DNA of 64,000 bases from an uncultured Gemmatimonadaceae bacterium (GCA_963761305.1 CAVXGK010000002.1:1-64000), one strand, 5' to 3'. Counted from the first letter of the stretch, positions 19,040 to 30,465 are shown. A program made the numbers and translations. Notes: a model not told the origin generated them from the sequence alone.

Positions 19040-20676
19040 TGACGGCACCGAACGTGACGCGCGATGGCGCGAGCTGGGCGGAGGAGTGGCGGCAGGCGCT
19101 CGGGTCGCACTGGCGACTGCAACTCTGGGTGATCGCGGCGCTGTTGTTCGCCACGGGTTTTTCGCTGCCCTTCGCGGACCCCGACATGTCGATGCACCTG
19201 GCGACGGGAGAGTGGATCGCGCGCCATCACGCCGTTCCATTCATCGAGCCCTTTGCCTGGACACGTCCCGGTGCGCCGTTCTTTGCGTATTCGTGGTTGA
19301 TTGAACTCATCTACTACCTCTTGATGGTTCACGTGGGCCCGATGGGGCTCGGCGCGCTGCAAGGTTTCCTCTATCTGGGGCTCGGCGCGGCGATGCTGGT
19401 GCTGGGTCGTGTGGCGAGAGTGGAATCCGTGGGTGATCATCCTCATGGCGCTGTCGAACCTGATGGTCGCGCTGGGAGCGACTCCATACGTCCGCCCGCA
19501 ATGCATTCTTCTGATCGTACTTCCGCTGTGCTGGGCGTTGGTGTACCACTCGATAGAAGCGCCGCGCCTCGCGCCCATTCTGGCGGCGCTTCTTGGCGAT
19601 CAGCGCGCTCGCGGCAACACGCACCTGCTGTTTCCGTTGACGCTGGCGCCGTGCGTGGCGTTGCTGGACGATCCTCCCGCCGATCGAAAGCGACTGATCG
19701 CCGTGCCGCGCGGCCATTTGCGCCGGCTGGCTCTTCTCGCCTTACGCTTTGCTCTCGTCCCGATGTTCAAGCTGTATTTCGCGAAGAACGCCGTGCTCGG
19801 GCCTCCTAGTGGGATCGCCGAGTACAAGCCTGGCTTCCAGGTGCTGATGACTGCGGGAACGGACCCGTCGTCATCGCTGCGTTGTTGACAGTGGCGCCGT
19901 GGTTCGTCGTGCCGCGTCTCAACGCCAAGGCCCGCTTTCTTCACGGTGTGTTATGGCTCGCCGGACTTCTGATGTTTGCGCTCGCCGTTCGCTCGTTGAT
20001 CGTTTGGTGGGTCGTTTCGCTGCCGCTCATGGCGATGCTGTTCTCGTTTCTTCCGGCACCGACGCTGCCGGTCGTCCGGACGGCGCAACGAGCGATCGTA
20101 CTGGTGATCTTCGCCATCGTCGCCGCCGCGGGCCTCGAGACGTGGCTGAATCCCGGACTGCGGGCCGGCAACGCGACGCAGCGTTTCCTCCCCTCGATGA
20201 CCGCGGGGGCAACGGAGCCCCTGTTCCGCTGGCTCGAGTGCAACACAAGAGACTCAGTCCGCGGCCGCCTGGTGACGACGTTCAACTACGGCGGGTACGT
20301 GCCCTGGCGGCTTCCCAGACTCTCGGAGTCGATCGACGGCCGGACGTTTTTCCCTGACTCCGTGGCGCGCGCCGAGGCGTATTTCACTCCAACGGCACGC
20401 GATTTCCCGCTGCAGCCTTGGCGCAGCGCGGATTTGGCGATTCTTCCCGTCAAGCTTCCGGTCGCGCCCATCCTCGACACGGCTGCGGGGTGGCGCAAAA
20501 TCGCGATCACGAATCAGATCAGCGGCCCTTCGGCGATGATCGGGCTCTGGGTGACCGAGCGATGGTGGGCTGAAGCGGGAACAAGCCCATTGCCGCACTC
20601 GCTTCTTCCCGTGATGCACTCCTTGGAGCCGCGGGCTGCGCAGTGCGCGCAGTTGGTGCCGCACGCGGCGAACTAG
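19039..20676 (+). CDS. Multi-pass GT-C-like membrane protein, several frameshifts
   Basis: After TM1: 'DPDMSMHLATGEWIARHH.VP..EPFAWT.PG.PF.AYSWL.E'; later 'VRPQ', 'NTHL', 'IAEYKP', 'FNYGGYVPW...IDGRT.F'. Confidence 0.65.
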
Positions 20677-21463
20677 GAGACGGACGCTTCCGACGGTCTG
20701 GCGGGTGTCGCGTCGGGCAGCGCGATGTGCGGCTGATCGTAGATGCCGCGCGCCGCATTGGCCCGAATGCGAAGCACGTCGACGGCCATGCGCAATCCGT
20801 CTCGAACGACGTGCACTTTCGACCCGGGCTGGTGGGTCCAGTTGACGGGCACCTCGGCGACGCGGTATCCAGCGCGGCGCGCCATCAGCAAAACCTCAAC
20901 GTCGAAGCTGTAGCCGCTCATTCGCATGCGCGAAAAGAGGTCATGCGCCGCCGCAGCATCGAAGAGTTTGAATCCGCATTGAGTATCGTTGAATCCGCGG
21001 ATGGCATACAGCCGCACTACGGCGTGAAACAGACGGCCGGCGACTCGCCGATACACACGCGCTTCGACCTTGGTGACGTCGTCTCGGATCGCGCGCGAGC
21101 CGATTGCTATGCGGCTGCCGAGGCGATGTGATCCTCGAGGCGCAAAAGCTCGGTGAACGGCGTGGCGCCATCGGCATCCGCGAAGAGCACCAGCCGCCCG
21201 GAGGAATTGACGATGCCGGTGCGGACGGCGAATCCCTTTCCGCGATTTTGCGGCAAGCGAATGAGACGGAAGCGACTGTCCGTCGCTTCGATCTGGCGCA
21301 CCACCTTGCTCGTTTCGTCCGTGGAACCGTCGTCGACGACGATGACCTCGGCCGGTCGGCGATCGGTGTCGAGGAAGGCCTGCAGGTCGCGCAGCGTTCG
21401 CGGCAGGCGACCCGCTTCGTTAAAAGCCGGAATCACCACCGAGAGAGCGAGTGTCTCACGCAT
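20673..21463 (-). CDS. Dolichyl/polyprenyl-phosphate beta-glucosyltransferase-like GT2 (frameshift near 21110)
   Basis: 'SVVIPAFNEAGRL', 'VDDGSTD', 'NRGKGFAVRTG', 'FADADGATP', 'DTQCGFKLF', 'FDVEVL', 'EVPVNW.HQPGSK'. Confidence 0.9.
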
Positions 21464-22099
21464 TGCCGGCCCCGAGTGCTTGTCCACTTCAGCTAGGATC
21501 GCCCAATTGAGGCATCAAGGCAAACGACCGCAACAAAACAACATTGGAGTGCATGGTAGTTATGAATTGTTGTCGAGCTGACTCAGCGGTTGTTGGATTT
21601 GCGCGACAGCGCTCGCTACGCTAGCGTCATCGTCAAGAGCTAGATCGTGCTCGACGGTCCGTCTGCGTGGACCGACAGGATCGGCAAAGGCATGACGTCG
21701 GTGGGATGGTCTCGCTTAAGATAAGTGCTGCTCTTCATGAGGTTTCCGAGGCTGTAGCGCCTCACAAATGGTCGAGTCTGCCATGAAGCAAGGTCGACAT
21801 TTTCTGGCTTTTCGGCGTGGCGGTCCCAGCGTTGCAGATGCGAGGGCGTCTCGACGAACCTGACCAAAGCGTAAGTGACGGATGCAAGGCTTGCGCGGTC
21901 GTGGACGCTTGCTCAATGTTCGCCGCGCTCTTTTCTACCTCAGATCGCCCCGGAAAGCGTTGGGAACCATAGATGTGCGTTGCGTGCTGCGAAGGTGATT
22001 CATCGTGTCGCTGTCGCAGGGTGATGCGCCCATGAGGGCAGTCTCTCTCTCCTACGTTAACGCAAGTCGAGACTTCAAATGACGCCAACGGGACGAAGC

Positions 22100-22265
22100 A
22101 TGATCGACACCGCAAGACGAATTTGTAAAACGCGAGGACGGTGCTGCGCTGATCGAATACGGCATGCTGGTGATGCTGATCGCGCTGTTGTGCATCGTCG
22201 CATTAAAGACTATCGGAAGCAAAGTCTCCAACGGTTTCAACTCCGCGAACTCACTGCTTCCGTAG
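22100..22265 (+). CDS. flp: Flp pilin copy 1 (one extra base near 22121; absent from the ORF track)
   Basis: MIDTARR-(+1)-FVKREDG|AALIEYGMLVMLIALLCIVALKTIGSKVSNGFNSANSLLP*; G|xxxxEY Flp motif. Confidence 0.8.
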
Positions 22266-22359
22266 AGTGCAGCGCCGCGTTTGAGGTGGCAGCAGGTCAA
22301 GAGTGTGCTGGTCGCGCAGTCGCAGGTCGCTCGTCCCTTTACCCTCATCTGGAGCGTTC

Positions 22360-22533
22360 ATGAACCGCCTCACCGCCATCGCCCGTAACTTCGTCAAAGA
22401 CGAAGACGGCGCGGCCCTCCTCGAGTACGGCATGCTCGTGCTGCTCATCGCCGTCCTTTGCATCGTGGCCGTCAAGACCATCGGCAGCAAGATCAGCAAC
22501 GGCTTCAACTCGGTGAACACGAACCTCCCGTAG
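22360..22533 (+). CDS. flp: Flp family type IVc (Tad) pilin
   Basis: 'FVKDEDG|AALLEYGMLVLLIAV', GGAG RBS at 22351. Confidence 0.95.
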   Translation: MNRLTAIARNFVKDEDGAALLEYGMLVLLIAVLCIVAVKTIGSKISNGFNSVNTNLP

Positions 22534-22562
22534 TCGGAGGCGGTGCACCGAAGGAAGTTCGC

Positions 22563-23090
22563 GTGTTCGCGGGTCCCGCACCGGTTGTCGCCCGGAGCGT
22601 AGTGCTGATTGGCCTCCTGGCGGCGGCTTGTGTGTCGGACCTGCGGACGCGGCTCATCCCGAACCGAATCGTGGTTGCCACCATCGCGGCCGGATTGCTC
22701 TTCGCGGCGGTTACAAACCGCGGTTTTACAGGTCTAACACACGCGGGGGCGGGGTTACTGACCGGCTTTGTCGTGTGGTTTCCGTTTTATCTGCTGCGAA
22801 TGCTGGGTGCCGGCGACGTGAAGTTGTTCGCGGCGTCCGCGACGTTCCTTGGTGCCCGCGGCGCAATTGAAGGGGCGCTGTACACCGCGCTCTTCGGAGG
22901 CGCGTTGGCGTTGTTCTACATGCTTGCGAGCTCCGGCTGGGCCTTGACGTTGATTCGAGTCGGACAAGGCGTGCAGCACCCGGCGATGCTACGAAACTCG
23001 CCCGCCGGGAGTCGTCGAATGCCGTACGCGCTGGCTATATCGCTAGGGGTGTTGGTCGCCCTGTGGTGGCCGGGGCACTTGATCAATTGA
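22563..23090 (+). CDS. cpaA: Prepilin peptidase A24 (CpaA/TadV)
   Basis: 'SDLRTRLIPN', 'LGAGDVKL', 'MPYALAI'. Confidence 0.92.
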   Translation: MFAGPAPVVARSVVLIGLLAAACVSDLRTRLIPNRIVVATIAAGLLFAAVTNRGFTGLTHAGAGLLTGFVVWFPFYLLRMLGAGDVKLFAASATFLGARGAIEGALYTALFGGALALFYMLASSGWALTLIRVGQGVQHPAMLRNSPAGSRRMPYALAISLGVLVALWWPGHLIN

Positions 23091-23098
23091 GGTGGGAG

Positions 23099-23560
23099 AT
23101 GGGTACGCGACCACGGAACGTGCTGAGATCGGAAGACGGCAGCGTCATTCTCGAAACCGCGATGATGATGACCGTGATCCTGATCCTCACCTTCGGCATG
23201 GTGGACTTCGGGCGCGTCATGTACACGTCGAACAGCCTGATTTCCGCAGCCCGGGAGGGCGCGCGGTTCGGCGCGGTCCTGAATCATCCGGGCGTTTCGG
23301 CGACGGGAATTGCCAGTATCGACAGCGTGGTGAAAGCCCGGTTCAACCAGTACACCTTCGGTGGCACCAATCTCACGAATACAAACATCGACATCGACAC
23401 GTCGACCACGTCGCCGCCGACCTATGTGAAGGTCTCGATCAAATACAAGTTCACGTGGATTTCGCCGGTCGCCGCAGTGGCCGGTATCATCGCGCATCAC
23501 AGCGTTAGCTACACCGATTCGCTGCACGCACAGGCGACGTACCGATACGAGAACCAATAA
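23099..23560 (+). CDS. tadE: TadE family pseudopilin
   Basis: 'EDG|SVILETA', 'GMVDFGR', 'AAREGARFG'. Confidence 0.9.
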   Translation: MGTRPRNVLRSEDGSVILETAMMMTVILILTFGMVDFGRVMYTSNSLISAAREGARFGAVLNHPGVSATGIASIDSVVKARFNQYTFGGTNLTNTNIDIDTSTTSPPTYVKVSIKYKFTWISPVAAVAGIIAHHSVSYTDSLHAQATYRYENQ

Positions 23561-23593
23561 CGAGTAGCAAATCCTTTTTTCGGACGCATTCCC

Positions 23594-24568
23594 ATGGCTG
23601 AGCGACGTTACACGACAATTTTCGGGGCAGCGCTGGTCACCGCTGCCCTGGCCACGTTCGGGATCTACCGAGTGCTTCAGGCCTCGAAAGCCCAGAACCG
23701 CGTCATCACGCGGCCGGTCGTCATCGCGTTCAAGGATGTCCCCGAAGGCAACAAGATCGATCGGGCGAGCATCACCGTCGCCGAGTGGCCGATCAACACC
23801 GTTCCCGCCGGCGCATTCACGTCCATCGACTCGGTGGTGAATCGAGTCACCCGCATCGACGTGTTCCGTGGCGAAGTGATCGTGCCTGGCCGCCTTGCGC
23901 CGGATGGCACGAGCTCGGGACTACAGGTCAAGATCACGCCAGGCAAGCGCGCCGTTGCCATCAAGATCGACGACGTCTCCGGCCTGAATGGCATGGTTCA
24001 GCCGAACAGCCGGGTGGACGTGCTGGTCACGACTCGCGACCCGTCGACGCAAAAGGAAGTCGCGAAGACATTCATGTCCAACATGCGGGTGCTGTCCGTC
24101 GGCACCTTGACGGCGACTGGTCCCGACAATCGCCCGATTCAGGCGGCCACGGTGAGTCTCGAGGTCACGCCTGCCGAGGCCGAGCGCTTGGCCATCGCGA
24201 CGGGCACGGGGCGCATCCAGCTCTCGCTCCGCGGCTATGGCGACCCGGATTCCATCCGCACGACTGGCGCCAATTCCGAGGACGTGCTCGCGCAGCTTCG
24301 GACGGCGCCAGTGGCCAAAATCGACCCGACTCCCGTGCGACGCTCGACGGCTCCGGCGCGGCGACCTGCGCCGGTGCAACAGGCCGGCGCGCCGCCGGTG
24401 GTTGCTGCTCAGCCGCCGGCCACCGGCGAAGTCGCGCCGAAACTGAATACACTCGACACCAACGTCGTCCAGATCTTCAAGGCCGACAAACAGGACACTC
24501 GCAAGTTCGTCAGTAAGACGGACTCCGCGCGCGCCGATTCAGTCAGGCGGAGCAAGCCTCCGCTCTGA
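23594..24568 (+). CDS. cpaB: Flp pilus assembly protein CpaB/RcpC
   Basis: SAF-like region, 'GKRAVAI', 'GMVQPNSRVDVL', 'VSLEVTPAEAERL', 'IQLSLR'. Confidence 0.93.
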   Translation: MAERRYTTIFGAALVTAALATFGIYRVLQASKAQNRVITRPVVIAFKDVPEGNKIDRASITVAEWPINTVPAGAFTSIDSVVNRVTRIDVFRGEVIVPGRLAPDGTSSGLQVKITPGKRAVAIKIDDVSGLNGMVQPNSRVDVLVTTRDPSTQKEVAKTFMSNMRVLSVGTLTATGPDNRPIQAATVSLEVTPAEAERLAIATGTGRIQLSLRGYGDPDSIRTTGANSEDVLAQLRTAPVAKIDPTPVRRSTAPARRPAPVQQAGAPPVVAAQPPATGEVAPKLNTLDTNVVQIFKADKQDTRKFVSKTDSARADSVRRSKPPL

Positions 24569-24588
24569 TCCCTCCCGCCCATCGTCAC

Positions 24589-25764
24589 GTGAAACCTTTC
24601 CGTCAAAGCCACACCCCGCCTTTTCTCGTCCTCGCCGCATTCGCCTCCCTCCTCGTTGCGCCGGTTGCCGGCGCCCAGGCGCCGGACGACACGATCACAC
24701 GCATCGACCTCCCCGCCGGGCGATCCTATCCGATCACCACGGTGGATCCGATCGCGCGTGTCTCGGTGGCGACGCCGGACATTGCCGACGCGGTCGTCGT
24801 CGACGAGCGCAACCTCGTCATCAACGCCAAGGCGATGGGCGAGACCGACATCATCATGTGGATCACCAACGAGCCGCGCCGCCACTACCGCGTCTCGGTT
24901 CGGTCGGCGTCGGACCGCAAGGCCGTGTTGCTCAGCGTCCGAATCGCCGAGGTGCGCAAGGACGATTTCAACTCGCTGGGCGTGAACCTGCTGTACCGCG
25001 ATCCGGGCGGTCACGCGCGAGTCGGAACGGGCATCTTCAACACCGACAACTCGATCGATCCGGTGACGGGCAAGGTCACGCTGGCCGACGCCACGACCAA
25101 GTTCGCCACGCTGCTCACCGATTTTGGAACCAACAGCCTGCTTTCGTTCATCGACGCGCAGGCCATTCTCGGGCATGCGAAGATCCTCGCCGAGCCGAAT
25201 CTGCTGGCGGGCAACCACGACACGGCCAGCTTCCTGGCCGGCGGCGAAGTCCCGATCCCGATCGCGCAGCCGGGCGCCGGCGGAGTGGCTCCAACAATCA
25301 CGATTCAGTACCGCGAATTCGGCATTCGTCTCACATTCATTCCGGAGATCGTGAGCGACAGCCTGGTGAAGCTGAACGTTCACCCGGAAGTGTCGAGCCT
25401 GGATTTCACCAACGCGGTGGAGATCTCGGGCTTCCGGATTCCCGCACTCCGAACGCGCCGCATCGCCACCACGGTCGACGTCCGGCGCGATCAGTCGCTC
25501 GTGTTGTCCGGGCTCATGGACGACGAACGCACGCTCACGCGCACCGGCGTTCCGCTGCTCTCTTCGATTCCGATCCTCGGGGCGCTGTTCGGCAACTCGA
25601 CGTGGGAGACGAATCAGACGGAGCTCGTCATCATCGTCACGCCGACGATCGTGAATCCGAACAACCCGCCGGCGAGCCGCGTCGTACGGATGCTTCCGGA
25701 TACGACGCTGCCGGCGCGCGACGCGCTCGAGAAGCGGCTCCCGCCGCCTCCCATCAAGCCGTAG
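24589..25764 (+). CDS. cpaC: Secretin CpaC/RcpA
   Basis: 'RVSVATPDIAD', 'LAEPNL', 'ASFLAGGEVPIP', 'YREFGIRLTFIP', 'GVPLLSSIPILGALF', 'ELVIIVTP'. Confidence 0.93.
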   Translation: MKPFRQSHTPPFLVLAAFASLLVAPVAGAQAPDDTITRIDLPAGRSYPITTVDPIARVSVATPDIADAVVVDERNLVINAKAMGETDIIMWITNEPRRHYRVSVRSASDRKAVLLSVRIAEVRKDDFNSLGVNLLYRDPGGHARVGTGIFNTDNSIDPVTGKVTLADATTKFATLLTDFGTNSLLSFIDAQAILGHAKILAEPNLLAGNHDTASFLAGGEVPIPIAQPGAGGVAPTITIQYREFGIRLTFIPEIVSDSLVKLNVHPEVSSLDFTNAVEISGFRIPALRTRRIATTVDVRRDQSLVLSGLMDDERTLTRTGVPLLSSIPILGALFGNSTWETNQTELVIIVTPTIVNPNNPPASRVVRMLPDTTLPARDALEKRLPPPPIKP

Positions 25765-25780
25765 GCGGGAGCGAATCGAC

Positions 25781-26977
25781 GTGGCGACGCAACGAAACGT
25801 TCTCATCATCGGCGACGCAGCCGGTCCGCCGAAGAGCGCCGCCGACGTGCTGCATCGGTTCGGCTTCGTCCGAATCGACGACTCTCCGACGCTCAACGAG
25901 GCAACGCCTCGATTGCGCGCCGAGCATTACGATCTCGTAATCGCGCCGATCGACAAACTCTCCAACGTCGAGATGACGTTGCTCGAGCGCGAGATCCGGC
26001 GCGAGAACTCGATGCTGATCGGCACGGCGCCCAAGGCCGACGCGGAGCTCATCCTCACCGGGATGCGCGCCGGCGTTCAGGAATTCCTTGTCACACCGCC
26101 AGATCCGACCGATTTCGCCGCGGCCCTCGACCGACTGGTGCGGCGGGCCGGAACCGAGGTGCAACGCGGCCTGGTCATGGCCGTCTTCAGCGCCAAGGGC
26201 GGACTCGGCACGACGAGCGTGGCGGTCAACCTCGCGTACGGACTCGCGGCCAACCATCCCACGCGGCGGGCGGCGCTGGCCGACTTTGTGGTGGGCGGCG
26301 GCGACATTCGCGTGTTTCTCAACCTGAAGCCGGCGTACGACCTGGGCGACCTGGTCACGAAGATGGACCGGATCGATCAGGACCTGTTGATGTCGGTGCT
26401 GTCGGCCACGGACGGCGGCGTGTGGGTGCTGCCGGCGTCGGAGCGGGCCGAGGTCGCGGAGATGCTCGACGCCGCGTCGTCGCAGGCGATCATCAACCAT
26501 CTGCGCGCGCATTTCAACGTGGTGATCGACTGCGAGCACCACATGAGCGAGCGGACGCTGGCCGCGTTCGACGCCGCGGACCGCATCGTCCTGGTGACGC
26601 AACTGACGATTCCCGCGCTCAGCAGTACCAAGCGGACGCTGGAACTGTGCGAGCGGTTGGGGTATCCCGAGTCCAAGATTTTCGTGGTAGTGAACCGGCA
26701 CCACTCGGGCGACATCGTCGCCGTGGGTGACGCCAAGGAAGTGCTCAAGCGAGACGTATTCTGGCGGATCCCGAACGACTATCGGGCCTTCACTGACGCG
26801 CTCACGCGCGGCAAGCCGATACTCGACAAGGATGCGTCCACGCCGCTCGCCAAATCGTTTCTGCAGCTCGCGGCAAAGCTGGGCGGGTCGTCTCAGGCGC
26901 CAGAAGCAGACACAAACGGCGCCGACGCGGGCGGATCGCGCTTCGGCCGACTCTTGCGCATGGGGAGAAAGAACTGA
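25781..26977 (+). CDS. cpaE: CpaE/TadZ (atypical receiver + MinD-like ATPase)
   Basis: 'MRAGVQEFL', deviant Walker A '[16 protein letters not shown]', 'IPNDY'. Confidence 0.92.
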   Translation: MATQRNVLIIGDAAGPPKSAADVLHRFGFVRIDDSPTLNEATPRLRAEHYDLVIAPIDKLSNVEMTLLEREIRRENSMLIGTAPKADAELILTGMRAGVQEFLVTPPDPTDFAAALDRLVRRAGTEVQRGLVMAVFSAKGGLGTTSVAVNLAYGLAANHPTRRAALADFVVGGGDIRVFLNLKPAYDLGDLVTKMDRIDQDLLMSVLSATDGGVWVLPASERAEVAEMLDAASSQAIINHLRAHFNVVIDCEHHMSERTLAAFDAADRIVLVTQLTIPALSSTKRTLELCERLGYPESKIFVVVNRHHSGDIVAVGDAKEVLKRDVFWRIPNDYRAFTDALTRGKPILDKDASTPLAKSFLQLAAKLGGSSQAPEADTNGADAGGSRFGRLLRMGRKN

Positions 26978-28545
26978 TGGCTAGCCTTCGCGATCGCCTG
27001 ATGGGGCGCGGTCAGCCTCCGAAACCGGGCTTGGGTGGCAAGCCAGGCGAGTCGCCGGACGGTACGCCATCCGGCGGCACGCCCGGTACGCCGTCCGGAT
27101 CGCAAAACACGCCGACCGGGCCGATCCGCACGGGCCCGATTACGGCGGCCATCACCGGGGCGCTCACTGGTTCCTCGACGCGGCCCACGTCGCGCACCAC
27201 GCAGCAGACGTCGCGCACCGCGCCGACGACGGGCCGCACTACCGCGGGCCGCACGTTCGGGTCGCGCACCGAATCGCCCGTTCTCAGCCCGGTCGACCAG
27301 CTCAAGGTCGACCTGCACCGCCGGCTGATCGAGCGCCTGGACCTCGAAGCGCTGGAGAAGATCAACGACGAGGGCGTGCTGATCCAGCAGATTCGAAACG
27401 CCGTCGTCGAGTTCCTGCGCAGCGAAAAGGCGCCGCTCAGCCAGACCGAGCGCGAAGAAGTCATCGAGCAGATCGTGTACGAGGTCACCGGACTCGGACC
27501 GATCGAGCCGCTGTTCCGCGATCCGTCGATCACCGACATTCTGGTGAACGGCCCCAAGGACGTGTACGTCGAGCGCAAAGGCAAGCTGGCCCGCGTGCCG
27601 ACGAGCTTCCGCAACAACGCGCACCTGATCGCGATCATCGACCGCATCGTGAGCCGCGTGGGCCGGCGCGTGGACGAGTCGTCGCCGATGGTGGACGCGC
27701 GTTTGCCGGACGGCTCGCGCGTGAACGCGATCATTCCGCCCCTGGCCATCGACGGGCCGGTGCTGTCGATCCGCCGATTCGGCACGCAGATCACGATCGA
27801 CCAGCTACTGGAGCTGGGCGCGCTGACGAGCGAAATGGTGTATCTGCTGGCCGGATGCGTGCAGGCCCGTTTGAACATTCTCATCTCGGGCGGTACCGGC
27901 TCGGGCAAAACGACGTTGCTCAACGCGCTGAGCTCGTTCATTCCGGCGAGCGAGCGTATCGTGACGATCGAGGACGCCGCCGAGCTGCGGCTCCAGCAGG
28001 AGCACGTGGTGCGTCTGGAGACGCGGCCGCCGAACGCCGAGGGGCGCGGCGAGGTGCTGGCGCGCGACCTGGTGAAGAACGCGCTGCGCATGCGTCCCGA
28101 CCGCATCATCGTCGGCGAGGTGCGCGGAACCGAGGCGCTGGACATGCTTCAGGCGATGAACACGGGCCACGAGGGCTCGCTCACGACCATCCACGCCAAC
28201 TCGCCACGCGACGCGATGGCGCGGCTGGAGACGATGATCCAGTTCGTCGGGACGTCGCTGCCGAGCAAGGCGATGCGCGAGCAGATCTCGTCGGCGCTGG
28301 ACCTGATCATCCAGGTGTCGCGTCTCTCGGACGGCACGCGCCGGGTGACGAGCGTGACCGAGGTGACGACGATGGAAGGCGAAGTCATCTCGGCGCAGGA
28401 GATTTTCCGGTTCCGCCGGCAGGGCGTTACGAACGACGGCGGGGTTGTCGGCCGGTTCGAGGCGTCGGGAATTCGGCCGGGCTTCACCGATCGGCTCCGT
28501 GTGGCGGGGGTCGATCTGCCGTCCAACCTGTTTGCTGCCGGGTGA
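26977..28545 (+). CDS. cpaF: CpaF/TadA pilus assembly ATPase with long low-complexity N-terminus
   Basis: '[12 protein letters not shown]', '[10 protein letters not shown]', 'TIEDAAEL', '[15 protein letters not shown]', 'AMNTGHEGS'. Confidence 0.97.
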   Translation: MASLRDRLMGRGQPPKPGLGGKPGESPDGTPSGGTPGTPSGSQNTPTGPIRTGPITAAITGALTGSSTRPTSRTTQQTSRTAPTTGRTTAGRTFGSRTESPVLSPVDQLKVDLHRRLIERLDLEALEKINDEGVLIQQIRNAVVEFLRSEKAPLSQTEREEVIEQIVYEVTGLGPIEPLFRDPSITDILVNGPKDVYVERKGKLARVPTSFRNNAHLIAIIDRIVSRVGRRVDESSPMVDARLPDGSRVNAIIPPLAIDGPVLSIRRFGTQITIDQLLELGALTSEMVYLLAGCVQARLNILISGGTGSGKTTLLNALSSFIPASERIVTIEDAAELRLQQEHVVRLETRPPNAEGRGEVLARDLVKNALRMRPDRIIVGEVRGTEALDMLQAMNTGHEGSLTTIHANSPRDAMARLETMIQFVGTSLPSKAMREQISSALDLIIQVSRLSDGTRRVTSVTEVTTMEGEVISAQEIFRFRRQGVTNDGGVVGRFEASGIRPGFTDRLRVAGVDLPSNLFAAG

Positions 28546-28553
28546 GCTGAGCC

Positions 28554-29507
28554 ATGCAGGGTCTCGTTCTCCTTCTCGTCTTCTTCGGCACGGCGATGCT
28601 CGTGCTGGGGACATACGCGGTCATCAACCGGCGCCGGCTGAACGCCTCCGCGATGCTGCGCGACCGCATGGGCGACGACGCGCCGGTGGGGACGCCGACG
28701 GCGAACATTCTGCGCGACTTGCGCCGGAGCAGCCTGCCGGCGCTGGACCGGCTGCTCGATTCGATGTCGGTGTCGGAAGCGCTGGACTACGAGCTGCGGC
28801 GGGCCGGCGCGAGCTGGTCGGTGGGCGAGTTCGTGCTGGGGAGCGCGATCGCGGCCTCGTTCCTCCTTCTGATCGGGGAGCAATGGGGACTCTTCACGGC
28901 ATGGATCGGCGCATTGGTCGGTGCCGTGGCGCCATTCATCGTCGTGCGCCACATGCAGAAACGCCGGGCCAAGAAATTCGAGGAACAATTGCCCGACGCG
29001 ATCGACATGATCGTGAACGCGATGCGGGCCGGTTTCTCGTTCCAGGCGGCGCTCAAGTTCTGCGGCGATGAGATCGCCGCGCCGCTCGGTGATGAGTTCA
29101 CGCGCATGTACGACGAGCAGCGGCTGGGTTCCGACATGCGTCATGCTCTCCTGGGAATGCAGGAGCGCGTGGGGACGCTCGACGCCAAGATGCTCGTTAC
29201 GTCGCTCCTCATTCAGCGCGAGACGGGCGGCAATCTGAGCGAGGTGCTGGGTGGGCTGGCCACGCTGATTCGCGACCGCGGTTCTCTACGCGGCCAGATC
29301 GACACGCTCACCGCCGAGCCGAAGTTCACGGGACGCGTGCTCGCGCTGCTCCCGGTTGTTGCCTTTTTTGCGTTGTCGTATCTCAATCGCGACATGATGC
29401 TTCCCATGCTGACCACGTCGACCGGCCGATTGCTGCTCTTGTATGCGGCCGCATCGATCGGGTTGGGATACTTCGTGTTGATGAAAATCGCGGACATCGA
29501 CATCTGA
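28554..29507 (+). CDS. tadB: TadB (T2SS F-family) platform protein
   Basis: 'FEEQLPDAID', 'AMRAG', 'IQRETGGNLSEVL', 'TLTAE'. Confidence 0.93.
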   Translation: MQGLVLLLVFFGTAMLVLGTYAVINRRRLNASAMLRDRMGDDAPVGTPTANILRDLRRSSLPALDRLLDSMSVSEALDYELRRAGASWSVGEFVLGSAIAASFLLLIGEQWGLFTAWIGALVGAVAPFIVVRHMQKRRAKKFEEQLPDAIDMIVNAMRAGFSFQAALKFCGDEIAAPLGDEFTRMYDEQRLGSDMRHALLGMQERVGTLDAKMLVTSLLIQRETGGNLSEVLGGLATLIRDRGSLRGQIDTLTAEPKFTGRVLALLPVVAFFALSYLNRDMMLPMLTTSTGRLLLLYAAASIGLGYFVLMKIADIDI

Positions 29508-29517
29508 TGGGTGCCCT

Positions 29518-30450
29518 GTGAACCTTTCGTCGCTGTTTTTGGTGGTTCTGGTGATGCTGTTGGTGACCGCCGTGGTCGTCGCCATCGGCGCGTACCAGGC
29601 GAATGCTCGCCGGGCGATCGCACTCGCGCGCGCGGGTGGCGGCGGCGCCGGCGCGGTCGACGTGGTCCCCCTCATCACGCTTCCGGACGACAGCAGCAGC
29701 ATGGCGATGCGGGTAGGGAAGGTGGCCGAGCGGTGGCTGCCGGAGGGCGCCGTCTCACTCGATGTTTCCAGTCAGCTCATCCAGGCTGGATTCGAGTCAC
29801 CGGCGGCGCCGGTGTTATACACCGTCATCCGTCTGGTCTCAGCGCTCATCATTCCCGGCGCGATGTTCGCGTGGGGTCCGCACGACTCGAGCTTCATGGT
29901 GCTCTTGAGCGGGACGATCGGCATTGCCCTCGGGCTCATCGGCCCGCCGGCGATGCTGGAGAGAATTCGGCGGTTGCGACAGGAGCGGATCATCCACTCG
30001 ATTCCCGACACGCTGGACTTGCTGCTCGTTTGTGTGGAGGCCGGCGTCAGCCTCGACGCGGCTTTGCTCCGTGTCGGTCGCGAGATGGTGCTGCTCCATC
30101 CGGAGCTGGCCAACGAACTGCTGACGATGAATCGGCGGATGAATGCCGGCATGCGGCGTGAAGAGGCGCTCCATGGTCTCTACGAGCGCACCGGCGTCGA
30201 GGAGCTTCGCGCGCTCGGGACGAACATGATTCAGAGCGAACGGTGGGGCACGTCGATCGCCAAGGTACTACGCGTCTACTCGGAGTCGATGCGGAGGAAA
30301 CGTCGTCAGGCGGCCGAGAAGAAGGCGGCCGTCGCGGCGACGAAGATGGTCTTTCCGTTGGCCTTGTTCATTCTTCCCGCGTTGTTCGCGGTCATCGGCG
30401 GCCCGGCGATTCTCTCCATCGGGCCGGTCTTCCAGGCGTTGGGCCAGTAA
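29518..30450 (+). CDS. tadC: TadC platform protein
   Basis: 'IPDTLDLLLVCVEAGVSLDAAL', 'IQSERWGTSIA', 'AEKKAA...KMVFPL'. Confidence 0.93.
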   Translation: MNLSSLFLVVLVMLLVTAVVVAIGAYQANARRAIALARAGGGGAGAVDVVPLITLPDDSSSMAMRVGKVAERWLPEGAVSLDVSSQLIQAGFESPAAPVLYTVIRLVSALIIPGAMFAWGPHDSSFMVLLSGTIGIALGLIGPPAMLERIRRLRQERIIHSIPDTLDLLLVCVEAGVSLDAALLRVGREMVLLHPELANELLTMNRRMNAGMRREEALHGLYERTGVEELRALGTNMIQSERWGTSIAKVLRVYSESMRRKRRQAAEKKAAVAATKMVFPLALFILPALFAVIGGPAILSIGPVFQALGQ

Positions 30451-30465
30451 GGATCGGGGGCGATC

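Noticed and set aside
21500..22090. c-di-GMP riboswitch or sigma54 promoter upstream of flp
   Set aside because: No complete GGCAAA...GACGCAAA-type motif and no correctly spaced GG-N10-GC found by eye; the region is probably regulatory but no site can be supported.
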